Positions 12,715 to 24,006 of a DNA stretch of 64,000 nucleotides are shown here, one piece after another; positions within the stretch are counted from its first letter, which is position 1, and every line of letters begins with the position of its first letter. A program made the position numbers and the translations under genes. The stretch covers positions 88,412,001-88,476,000 of the forward strand of contig OZ024741.1 in assembly GCA_964016885.1 (NCBI GenBank), read 5' to 3'. Source of the DNA: Eledone cirrhosa. Taxonomy: Eukaryota. The notes beneath the pieces were generated by a model. That model did not search any database. It was not told the DNA's origin and worked only from the letters and a program-made list of their open reading frames with translations.

Positions 12715-13290
12715 ATTGCTGGTATTTCCCTCTTTAAAATTTTGAGACGGCTTTATCATAGCTGAAAAAGCCAAGGTACTGGAATAACCAATCACCTTCA
12801 TGAGCATCACCTGATGCCTCGGTAAAATGAGATGCATAACAATGATAAAAGCCTTATTGTCAGTGGCCCAACTCCTCTGAACATCTCAAATGCTACAGGC
12901 TGAAAAATGTAGTTTACTGCCAAATCACAGTATTTTGGTAATTCAATCCATTTGGCCATGGATGCAGTAATTCCCATCCCCACTGCAGCATCTAGGGTGT
13001 GAAAACGAGTCAAATAGACACTGGCAGTGGTGTCCCATATGAGGCATCTACCTTTAACCTAAAAGCAAAGGGTATACCATCTGGCCTCTTCCCATCAACC
13101 CTGGACATTCTGGCTAGCTACAGAATTGTAGGGATACTAACTCTGGCTAAGGTTCATTTTATGATTATGTTCATCTCAGTGTGGTGAGCATATCAAGGGG
13201 CTTGCCACATCAACATTTCAATATCCCATAGACAATTGCCCCCACTCTTGAAAGCAATGGAGATACAGAATTCATTCAAACTGAGTAGGC
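12715..13290 (-). pseudogene. CRE-like non-LTR retrotransposon remnant (restriction-like endonuclease domain)
   Basis: Minus-strand frames give HHTEMNIIIK*TLARVSIP...RVDGKRPDG, LIWDTTASV and KYCDLAVNYIFQPVAFEMFRGVGP, the RH-N / RPDG / WD-T / KY / P-A-E-G pattern of CRE-type RLE domains. Confidence 0.7.
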
Positions 13291-13364
13291 CTAATCTGTA
13301 AATAAAATAAAATTAAAAAAGAAAACTGAAAGAATTTTGCTTTTTATCACATTAAAACTAAATA

Positions 13365-13790
13365 ATTGTTTCTACTTTTGGCACAAGGCCAGCAATTACC
13401 CAGAGCATTACTGGTACTTTATTTTATCGACCCCGTAAGGATGAAAGGCAAAGTTAACCTCGGCAGGATTTGAACTCAGGATGGCAAGGGCCATAACTCT
13501 ATACGTCAAAGCATGGCATCCGACCCTCTACCAAGACTGCCAATCCAAAACTAAATAATAATAATAACAATTGTTTCTACTTTAGGCACATGGCCAGCAA
13601 TTTGAAGGGGGAGAAGAAAGTCGATTAAATCAACTCCAGTGTATTACTGGTTCTTTATTTGACCCTGTAAGGATGAAAGGCAAGCTAACCTCGGTGGGAT
13701 TTGAACTCAGAACGTAAAGGGCCGTAACTCTATGCTGCAAAGCATAGTGTCCAATGCTCTACTGATACTGCCAATCTACCGCCCTTAATA
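13365..13790 (-). mobile_element. Two tandem tRNA-derived SINEs with Meta-like core and (ATT)n tail
   Basis: Reverse complement has A-box TGGCAG..T...G, B-box GTTCAAATCC and core GCCTTTCATCCTTACGGGGTCGATAAAATAAAGTACC; copies separated by (AAT)n. Confidence 0.85.
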
Positions 13791-13799
13791 ATAATAATA

Positions 13800-16350
13800 A
13801 TAATAATAATGCTTTCTTTACACAAAGTAGACATTAAGGACAGTACAGGACAATACAGGACGGTACAAATGAGCATTTCTGCGTGTAAAAAACAAAAAAA
13901 AACAGAGGATGTAATAATAGAACAATGAAAAATTCCCCAATAGGCGGGAGACTTCCGAGGGCCACCGTGGAGAAAGCCCATTAAAAAAAGCCACGGTGAC
14001 CCTGACCACCACGGCAATTGTCCTCTCCCAGTTTTCCACCTTCAATTTACAGACATATACTCAGAGTAGGTCCACTCACTCGGGCCATTCTTGCCTCTCT
14101 CACCCATCTTTCAACAAAAAGCTGCGAAGAGAGCACCTCCCTCTCTACCCGGATTTTCCTTTTCAAATGAAATTGGAAAAAGTTAATCAGGGCATCACCG
14201 AAGAGGTAAGTGCTCGTCTTCAGCCCTTTCAGACACATCCACCATACTATCTCTTTCGCCATGGCCACCAGACAGATAAAAACTGCCTGCCCTTCCCGGC
14301 TAAAGGAAGAGGGCGGGGCAATCCTCACGATGGATTCAGCTGATAGTGGGATCCGTTCTACACGCGGCAGCAGGTGTTCGACATAAACCCACAAGTCAGC
14401 AATGCTCGGACACTGGACGAGTGCATGCAGGACGGTTTCGTCGCTTTGCGCGCATCTCGGACATGCCCGGCTGACGGCACCTCCATGCCTGTAGAGTTTA
14501 TCCCGAACTGGCAAAGCTCCTCGGTAGCACTCCCAGACCAGGGATTTCTGGAAGTTGTCCATAGGCCCCGGCCCGAAAGTTCTTCCAAAGAGATCGGCGA
14601 GTTGATTTTCGTCAACGCCTAGAGTTTCCCCAAGTACGTTGTCGCTCTTCCCTTCCTCTAATCCTCTATAGAACGCCAAGGTGGAGTTTCCACTGATCAC
14701 ATTGCCCGATTGGTCGAGGGTTGTGAGCACCTGGAGACATTCCAGTCTCCAAGCGCTCCCTCTCAGTCTTCGCTTGACCCAGGACTGCAGCTCCGTCAAG
14801 GAGATGAGCTGGGCAAAGACGCGTCTAGCAAACGGCGACCACACCTGATCACCGTCGAAGAAGAGGTGGAGATGTCGTAGCCTGAGCGCGTGTCTGCGCA
14901 TCATTAGCCACAGCATGCCCAGCCCTCCACGTAGCGGGTGTTGACAGCAGATTGACTGCCTGACCATCGGAGCGCATCCCTTCCACAAAAAGCGAAAGAA
15001 CAAATGCTCCAGCGCAGTCAGGCAAGGCTTAGGACAAGGCATGACGGTCAGGTGGTAGTAGATGACGGACGCGATGTACGCGTTAGCCACCTCCGCTTGA
15101 CCTTTCAGGGATAGCTTGCTCTCTGCTCATTTCTGGGGGAGAGAAACCACCCTGCTCGAAACCACTACGGTGACATCGTCCGCATATGCTGACATGGATA
15201 TTCCGCATTCTAGTTCGCGCGAGACCCCCTCCCTTCCTCAACGTCTCCAGTTTGTGCAGTAATGGCTCGAGAGTCAATACGTACAAGAGGGACGAGAGGG
15301 GACATCCTTGGCGGACCGAGCGCATGATGTTGAACGGTTCCGAAAGGTGACCGTTCACTCTCACCACAGAGCAGATGTCGCTGTGCATGGCAGCGATCCA
15401 GCCTCTGAAGACGGGCCCAAAGCCAGCCGCCCTCAGGACTGGTGGTGGTGGTGGTGGTGGTGATGATGTAGGTAGTTGTGGGAGTGTGGCTGTTGATGGT
15501 GGTGGAGGAGGTGGGGTAGTTTTCATTTTTTTTTTTTTAAGGTTCTTTCTTCCTCTTTTTGGGGGGTGGGATGAGGGTAGGGAGTTCTTCCTTTTTTTTG
15601 TTGGAATAGTTCTCCACTCTTCGGCCTCATCACACTCCTTGTCCGATTTAGTTATATCAGGAAGGGCTATGCTTTCCATTGGTTCTGTGGGTGGTGGAAG
15701 AGATGGTGTTTTTGTTATTGGGGATGGTGATTTCTCTTCTGCCATTGTGTTCTTTGTTTGTTTGTCTGCTCCAGTTGCGGAGCACGGCGTGGGAAGAAGG
15801 GGTGGGCCATGCCTGTTTTGGTAATTTTGGGGCAGAATGCCTTAAGGTCCGTCTTGTCACCGCATCCATGACACCTTGGACGCCTACCTTCGACAGTCAC
15901 AGGTAGATGGCTGCCGTCGTCCAGGTCTATTACATCGGGGATGGCCTCAACGCTTTCATGGTTTGCTTGGATGATTAGCCCCATCCTCGACCCTGTCAAT
16001 TTTCCTGTCTTATTCGTTTGACGTTGAGTATGGTTGTTGAATCTTCAACGTCAGCGAGGACGGCTGCCGTCAACCACGCCATCCCCACTGAGGGTGGAAC
16101 CTGGCCTACTCGAACCCTCACGACTCTCTGGCCGCAATATGTGGGCATCATTGTGATTTCGTCGCTGCGGGGTGGTGCAATGGAGTGTGCTCTGGCTTCC
16201 TCTGGTGTAGCGAAGAGCACATCCACAGTGCCATATCTCGATCCCCGGTCTATATATGTTTTCTGTGCCCAGACGGCACCCATAGCTCTTTGGATCTGTG
16301 ACTCCGTTGCCCGTTCAACTCGCTGACCACCTGACGTTGGGTCATGTTCA
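13800..16350 (-). mobile_element. Tx1/L1-clade LINE, internally deleted (ORF1 plus 3' half of ORF2)
   Basis: ORF1 pieces with degenerate knuckle CHGCGDKTDLKAFCP; RT motif SVRQGCPLSSLLYVLTLEPLL; 347-aa C-terminal ORF with GGLG, LPVRDKL and CPRC...ETVLHALVQC zinc motif; ends at (AAT)n. Confidence 0.88.
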
Positions 16351-16510
16351 CTTAAAAATGATTTTTTTAATTAATGATTAAAATGCTGCAAAAATAATAA
16401 TAGAAAAATAAAATATAAAATTATAATTTGGAATTTTGTTTTGTTTGTGAATTTATTAGTATTATCCTAACAAAAAAATTCCATCCTTCCCTCTAATCAT
16501 TGTATGTGTG

Positions 16511-16547
<37 letters not shown>

Positions 16548-17169
16548 ATACTAACAGTCAATTCTATGCAACTGGTTTGACTCAAATGAAAATTAGTTCA
16601 ACTTTTTAATTTTCATTATTGACTTTAAGTAATTCTTAATTTGTTTTAAAGCAGAACATTATTTCACTCCACTTCAGGTGAATACCATCAGCAAAGACAC
16701 ATTCAAAGGAAAATATATACATTGAGGAAAACTGAAAAATTGTTTGACACTATTTAAATATAGGAAGTTCAAAATGACAATCCAGTGACAATATCAACAG
16801 CATTTACATTAAGTTTGAGCCATATCCCTCGCCTTTGAATTTTGAGAAAAGCCTCCTCCTGCTGGCCGCCAAAACAATCTCATTCCGTGCAGTAAAATTT
16901 CTCTCAGAATCTATACTAACCAAACCCGATTTGTGATCTCCGTCGCTATTCCTCTCTATTGCTTTTTTGATATGTCTTAAGCATTTGCTGCCGAATTTGG
17001 ATAACTGTATCCAGTTTAGAATAGTTACACCATGTGCCTGCATGTTGTAAAAACCAACTAAAAGGGTTGGTGTCAGGAAGGTAGTTGGTTGTAAACATTG
17101 TCCAAAATAGTCATCAGGGAAAAATTAATGTAAAGACAATGACGATGATACACTTTGCACTGAATCAAT

Positions 17170-17760
17170 TTATCCCAATATTCTTAGGACAGCAAGAAAT
17201 CAGATGATGTGCAGCCCATTGCAATTCTTCATTCTTCAATTGTAAAAGATTTATCAAGAGTCCATACTTCCATACTTTGTGTTCAGTTCTAAATAAACAG
17301 CCATCCATTTACTGAAGATGCTGCACAGTTGATTATTGACGGGCAACAATTAATACAGAATGATTGATGTACTGAGCCTCATATGTCAGTCTCTTGTGCT
17401 GGTTCATCGTAAAACTACTTACATTTCCTGATTATTTCTTGCTAGTAATTTAATGTGGGAGTCTTCAGAATGCCATTCCTTTTAAATTCCTCGAACATCT
17501 CTCTACAATGCAATAAATACTTTCAGTAAATGAATTTTTACTGCTGTATTCTGTGAAGTAAACTCCATCGATATGTAAAATCTCTGGGAAAATGTATAGC
17601 AATTTTGTATGAAGTGGAAGAAAAGGCAGATAAGTGGCTCTCAGTCAATAGCAAATTACCCAACCAGATTGAATGAGTGTGCACAGCATGCTACATAGTT
17701 GGCTAAAGTGCTTTTCTTGCATATTAATGCCTGAACACCATTATACCTTCCACCATACTA
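17170..17760 (-). pseudogene. Degraded hAT transposase remnant (ZMYM1-like type)
   Basis: 17756 to 17659 reads YGGRYNGVQALICKKSTLANYVACCAHSFNLVG*, the G-Y-GVQA...C-AH-LNL hAT motif; outer limits approximate. Confidence 0.72.
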
Positions 17761-17769
17761 CTTGCATTG

Positions 17770-17932
17770 TGGACACATGGCTTAATAGTTAAGAAGTTTG
17801 CTTTGCAATCATTTGGTCCAGTATTTGATCTTACTACATAGCATCTTGGGGGAGAGTTATTTACCATAGCCTCAAGTTGACTTGTGTCTTGTGAATAAAA
17901 TTGGGTAGATGGAAACTGTTTGGAAGCCTGTC
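17770..17932 (+). mobile_element. tRNA-derived SINE, third family (copies also at about 37305-37435 - and 54255-54410 -)
   Basis: TGGCTTAATAGTTAAG head; tail TTGTGAATAAAATTGGGTAGATGGAAACTG shared among copies. Confidence 0.6.
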
Positions 17933-19414
17933 AAATGAAATGTACTTGTTATTCAAAGTTCCAGTCTTGTCCCACATCATATCATGCTGAATCTCCCTAA
18001 GAATTACAATAAGGGTACATGTTTCTGTGGAATGATCAGCCATTTATACATTAATTTCATGAGCAGGCTGTTCCTTTGATCAAGCAACTGGAACATTCGA
18101 CTAAACTGATGAGGCCGTTTAAAGGGTTATGTGCACTGCCCATCTCTCCTTGACTGAACAGTAAAAACATTAAGAGAAAGGACCCAGTCCACTTTGTAAG
18201 GTGGTTGTACTGATGTCATGGGAAAAAGCACCCAGTCCACCCTGTGAGTGAGTCATACTAGTGCCATGACAGAGCACCTAGTCCACCCTGCGAGGTGGAC
18301 ATACTGGTGTCACAACAAAAAAAGTGACCAGTCAACCTTGTAAGGTGGTTGGTGTTAGGAAAGTTATCCAGCCATAGAAAACCTGACCTGTCTGGCCTCA
18401 TAATGTGATAACTCATATAACTCATGCAAGCATGGAAAATAGACATTAAATGGTTATGGTGATAAAAGGCATGAATGTTACATAATCCCATATTTTCCTC
18501 TGCCTAAATAAAAAATCCACAGTATATTTTAGGGAGTTTATGCATAAAGCTTTTTTTTTTTAAAAAAGATAGCAGAAAAAATGTCTTCTTCACATTATCT
18601 TCTGAACAGTGGATTTTATTGTATGGATAATTAAATAATTAGTTTTATTTCAAGAGTGAGACACATAATTAAAGAATTACATTCATTATAGCTATCTGGA
18701 ATGGACTTCCGTCAGTTTTGATGATGAATATTCCAGTTGTTTCAATCAATTAACATGGAAGTGGCTGAACATTCAACTAGAACATATACCCTTAATGTAA
18801 TTCTCAGGCAGATGTCTCATGACATTGTGTGTGACTAGGCTGACAACTTTTGATTAAAGGTACATGCCATCTGATGGGTTTCCAAACAGTTTCCATCTAC
18901 CCAATTTCACTCTCAAGATTCCATATAATAGAATAGAACCCAAGACTTAATGATTACAAAAAGAACTCCTTAAGCATTCAGTTATGCTGCATTCACAAAA
19001 TTGAGAAGAAACATAGAGAAACCTGTGTATTTGGGGAGTATTCTGTGAAACTATTTCCTGTGGGAAAGTTAACATAGAAATGTATCTGTATGTGGTGGGA
19101 GTTGAATGCAGGTATGTGTGTGTGTAGAAGGTTTGTGTGTTTTTTGTATTGGTTGCGTGGGGGTATTGAATATCTGTGTGTGTGTAGAAGGTTTGTGTGT
19201 GCATAGAGGGTGTGTGTATGTGGAAGGTGTGTATGTGGAAAGTGTGTATGTGGTAGGTGTGTATGTGTGTGTGTGTGTGTGTGTGTGGAGAGTATGGCGG
19301 GAGTGAACATGTGTGTGCGTGTGTGTGTGTTAGTGTGTGTAGTTTTTGTGGGGCGTCATGGTGAATGTGTGCCTGTGTATATGTGGAGGTGTGTATGTGT
19401 GTGTGTGCGTAGTA

Positions 19415-19885
19415 ATAATTGTTTCTACTTTTGGCACAAGGCCAGCAATTAACCAGTACATTACTGGTACTTTATTTTATTGACCCCGTAAAGATAAAGG
19501 CAAAGTTAACTTCGGCGGGATTTGAACACAGTCTGTAAAGGGACGTAACTATGCTAGAAAGCATGGCGTCCGACCCTCTACCGATACTGCCAATAATAAT
19601 AATTGTTTCTACTTTTTGGCTCAAGGCCACAATAACCAGTGCATTACTGGTACTTTATTTTATCAACCCCATAATAATAATAATAGTTAAATGTAAGTCT
19701 GTATGAAATTGTTTCTACTTTTGGCACAAGGCCAACAATTACTGGTGCTTTATTTTATCGACCCCCATAAGGATGAGAGGCGAAGTCAACCTTGGCAGTA
19801 TTTGAACTCAGAACGTAAAGGGCCATAACACTATGCTGCAAAGTATGGAATCTGATGCTCTACCGATACTGCCAATCCACTGCCC
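19415..19885 (-). mobile_element. Cluster of three Meta-like SINE copies
   Basis: Repeated (AAT)n-TTGTTTCTACTTTTGGCACAAGGCCA starts; GGATTTGAAC (B-box reverse complement). Confidence 0.82.
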
Positions 19886-20925
19886 TGCATATAATGAGAG
19901 TTGAAAGTGTGTGTATAGTGTGTTTGTGGGATATAGAAATAAATGTGCATGTGCGTGTATGTGGTCGCAGTTAAATGTATGTGTATGTATATAGTATATT
20001 GATGGGGAGAGGTGAATATATATGTGGTGGGAATTAAATGCATGTGTGAGCATGTGTGTGTATATATGTGTGAGACTATGTATATAGTGTATTTATGAAG
20101 AGAGATGACTATGTGTGGTGGTAGGTGAATGATTGTATAGTGTGGTGAGAATTGAACGCATGTATGAGTGTGTGTGTGGGTGTGGGTGTATGTGTGTGTG
20201 TATGTGCATGTGTGTGTGCGTGAGTATGTATATTGTGTATTTATGAGGAGAGTTGAATCTATGTGTGATGGTAGGTGAATGTGTCTATAGTGTAGTGAGA
20301 CTCAAACACATGTATGAGTATATGTATGTTGTTTAATCCCAAGTCTGTTCTGATCAAGCAGATCTATGATCAAAGACATTCCAGTCATAGCCATCACATC
20401 ATTTTTCAGGCATAGTCTACCTTAAAGGTTCTCAACAGGGAACATATGCACCCCTAGGGGGCGTTTTTGAACTCCAGGGGGGGTGAGAACAAGGGGGCAT
20501 CAGGAGGCCTTAGGGGGGCATCAGGAGGCCTTAGGGGGGCACTGGAAGGCTCTTTACTTTGGTAAGTTTTATAAGCCATATTTGTATGTCTCTGAGACAG
20601 CCAGTGTGAATGCATTTGAATGAACATGCAGACAGCATAACTATGGTCTGACCGCAGCTATAAGCAGGTGTGCTGGCGTGTCTAAACATTAACCGGTAAT
20701 TGTGATCCTAAAAATGGAAAAAACCCACAGTCAACTGGGTCAAGGACACTTTGAGCGCAGCCAGTTTGAATCTTGTCTTTGCTTCACTGATAACAATGTA
20801 TTTCATGTCTGAAATTATTGACTCAACCGTAACGAGTTAACACTATGTAGATCTATTTTATTCCCTATTGTATAAATAATATTACAAATAAAAAAAAGAA
20901 AAGAAAAAACACAAAAGCGGGTAGC

Positions 20926-21235
20926 ACACACATCTAGGACCACATACAACACATAAGCAGGTAATACACACATCTAGGACCACATGCAACACATAAGCAG
21001 GTAATACACACATCTAGGACCACATGCAACACATAAGCAGGTAATACACACATCTAGGACCACATACAACACATAAGCAGGTAATACACACATCTAGGAC
21101 CACATACAACACACAAGCAGGTAATACATACAGCTGGGACCACATGCAATACATAAGCAGGTAATACATACATCTAGGACTGCATACAACACACAGGGAG
21201 GTAATACATACATCTAAGACCACATACAACACACA
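20926..21235. repeat. 40-bp minisatellite (about 7.7 copies) inside the hAT
   Basis: Unit GTAATACACACATCTAGGACCACAT(A/G)CAACACATAAGCAG. Confidence 0.95.
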
Positions 21236-21244
21236 TTGTATCAT

Positions 21245-22265
21245 GTGCTACGGATGACGCAAGAGCAATGGTCGGCCAACATAAGGGTTTCTTCACTCTT
21301 CTGAAGAGAGAAAATCTATCTGTATTTGCTGTTCATTGTGTCATTCATCAACAACACTTGGCTGCGAAGAAACTCAGTGAGCCACTGAGCAAGTCCTTGC
21401 AGGTGGCCATTGATGTCACCAATTTTATCAAACACCATTCCCTCAATGAACAAAATGTTCGGCAACTGTGTCAAGATAATGACAAAGAATTCGTCAAGTT
21501 GCTCTTTCATAATGAAGTGAGGTGGCTTTCAAAGGGCAAGTGCCTTACTCACTTCTTTGAACTGTTCAACTCTATCATTGAGTTTCTTCGAGGACGCAAC
21601 ACAGAACTGTACAAGAAAACCCTCGATGTGAGGCAAGACTGCGCCTACCTCGCTAACACCTTTGACAAATGCAATAGCGTCATTATATCTTTGCAGGGGA
21701 AGAAGATCACCTTGCTTAAAGCAAGGAATGCTGTGAAAACATTCCTGGCCAAATTGAATGTCATCGAAAGGAATCTTTGTTGACGGGAATTCTATAATTT
21801 TCCTAGTGTCGCCAATGTTCAAAACATTGTAAGCGATGACCAACTCCAAATTTATACCGCTCACTTCCGTGCACTACAAGACAACATGAGAGAACAGTTT
21901 GTTGACCTTTTGCCGATGGACATCCCAATGTGGATATCAGATCCTTTCATAGCTACTGTCGACGATTTGGACGTTAAATTTCAGGAAGAATTCATTGAAC
22001 TTCAAGCAGATAACATGATCAAAATTAGATTTCCCAAAATAGGTGAACCCCTTTGTTGGATGCAAGAGGAAATTCAGCATCGATTTCCACACCTATATGC
22101 AGAGGCTAAGAGATTTGCTCTGCCTTTTCCATTATTAATCGAGAGGAGGTTTGGGGCAACCGCTACAATGTAATTACACGTGGAGATCGCTAGCTACATC
22201 TTACGAAAATTCAGCCTCATGTCAAAGAGTTAGCTAGACTCCATGAAGCTCAAGGATTCCATTGA
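21245..22265 (+). pseudogene. Buster/Charlie-type transposase, N-terminally deleted, with stops
   Basis: TDDARAMVGQHKG...HCVIHQQHLAAK...LLFHNEVRWLSKG...AYLA...SLQG; second ORF ...WISDPF...EEFIELQ...FALPFP. Confidence 0.9.
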
Positions 22266-22664
22266 AATGAGGTCAAAGTTAAAGTAAGTTGATTTATCCG
22301 AAAACTTGGATATGCTATTGTTACAAAGCAAACTAACAATTTTTTGTTTGTAGTTGCAGTCTGACTGCAATTCACTTACTCATTTGTTGTATATATTTTA
22401 CTAATAAATACACCCTCTTATATAGTCATGAAAACCCCCTTCCACGGTCTCTAAGCACACAAAGAGGAGGGGACATCAAGTTAGATATCAACATTTATTC
22501 TGTCTGTTTCAATAAAAGGAAAATTGGAAAGCTTTGAAATGATATAATTGCCACTTTCTTCCAGATAAGACCACTCTTTGGATAGACAGAGTTGCTCTTG
22601 TATAAATGTTCAAAATAGCTGGTATCGCCTGGTGAGAATATAACAAATTCAACTGGTCCTTCAG

Positions 22665-23098
22665 CAGCACCGTTTTACATCCGTTCTTCCATGCTAGCAT
22701 GGGTTAGACGGGTTGTCCTGTTGTAGGCAGTGTCCGGTTGGCTGACCTTGTCTTGCTCATACGGGAACTGATTCTGGCTTGATTTCTACAGCTGGATGCC
22801 CTTCCTAACACCAACCTCATTTACAGTGAGTGCTGGGTGCTTTTTTCCGTGGCGCCTACACGTCCACTTTTACAGTGTGGGCTGGGTGCTTTTTTTTTGC
22901 CGTGGCACCTCCACGACCACTTTGCAGTGGAATGATAGGGACCCCAGTCCTATCATCTCATTTCTACAGCTGAGTAAACTGGAGCAATGTGAAATAAAGT
23001 GTCTTGCTCAAGGAAACAACACATCACCCGGTCTGAGAATTGAACTCACAACCTTTCGATTGCAAGCCCAATGCTCTAACAACTAAGCTATGCGCCTT
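22665..23098 (-). mobile_element. tRNA-derived SINE with RTE-derived 3' tail, nested in the hAT (same family at 31617-31938 + and 32535-32860 -)
   Basis: Head GCTTAGTTGTTAGAGC...GAGTTCAATTCTC; core TCCTTGAGCAAGACACTTTATTTCACATTGCTCCAG; tail matches RTE 3' UTR. Confidence 0.85.
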
Positions 23099-23725
23099 CC
23101 TTATTCATAAAAAAGAACATTTATGTTCCTTTTTTTGAAATTTATATATTTCCTTTCAAGGAATGTATTTATACTCTCAGCTGCTTGCAATGGTATCTTT
23201 GGAATATTGTTAATCAATTTTTTAGTAATCGACTGATATCAAAATCAGTAGTATATTGAAAAATGGAAAAATAGGGTAGAGGGCGTTTCGTGATTTTGAG
23301 GGACAAAAGGGGGCGTTTGGCCTAAATAGGTTGAGAACCTGTGGTCTACCTGAACTACATTATCCTATGTACTCCATTTTTAAGATGGTAGAGTATGATT
23401 TGAAGGACATTTGGCTGCTATTTCAGGCATGGCATGCAACTACATTAAGGCTTCCTTATTTAGGAATGGGAGGTAATTATGTGTATGAAGAGAAATGGAT
23501 GTGTGTGTATGTATGCTAAATATAGAGAAACAGATAATCTTTTTGTATAAAAGACTCACAGTTTTGTTTGTTGGTTTTGTTACACATACATAGGAATATC
23601 ATATGCACATACACAAATACATACATATACATATACATACATGCACACATACATACTTATATACATACATACACATATACATAGATAGATATACATATAT
23701 ATCTAAATATATATGTACATATACA

Positions 23726-23850
23726 TATGAAAAAATTCAGGACCTCGACGGCTGAACTCCGGCCGTTTCAACAGCTAGATCCGAAGTGAGTTCAGATCTA
23801 GCTGTTGAAACAGCCAGAGCTCAGTCATCGGGGTCCTGAATTTTTTCATA
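23726..23850. repeat. Imperfect palindrome, about 58-bp arms
   Basis: TATGAAAAAATTCAGGACC...CAACAGCTAGATC / GATCTAGCTGTTG...GGTCCTGAATTTTTTCATA; short tail; TA-rich flanks. Confidence 0.88.
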
Positions 23851-24006
23851 ATACCCATTCAACTAGCCCAAGTATCGAGTGTTCTGGTGAGTAATGATCT
23901 AATTGGTTTTTTCCGCTTCCAAACTGTATATATACATATACAGAGATATTTACATATATATATATATATATATATATACTTATATATAGATATATACTTA
24001 TATATA

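Larger units (their letters stand above)
20423..23343 (+). mobile_element. hAT DNA transposon, Buster/Charlie type, defective
   Basis: 14-bp TIRs TAAAGGTTCTCAAC / GTTGAGAACCTGTG; identical 8-bp TSD GTCTACCT at 20415-20422 and 23344-23351 with central TA. Confidence 0.93.

Noticed and set aside
20926-21235. CRISPR-like regular array
   Set aside because: Units are contiguous with no unique spacers and no cas genes; it is a eukaryotic minisatellite
22796-23086. Recurrent MPFLTPT... small ORF family
   Set aside because: Antisense translation of the shared SINE/RTE tail
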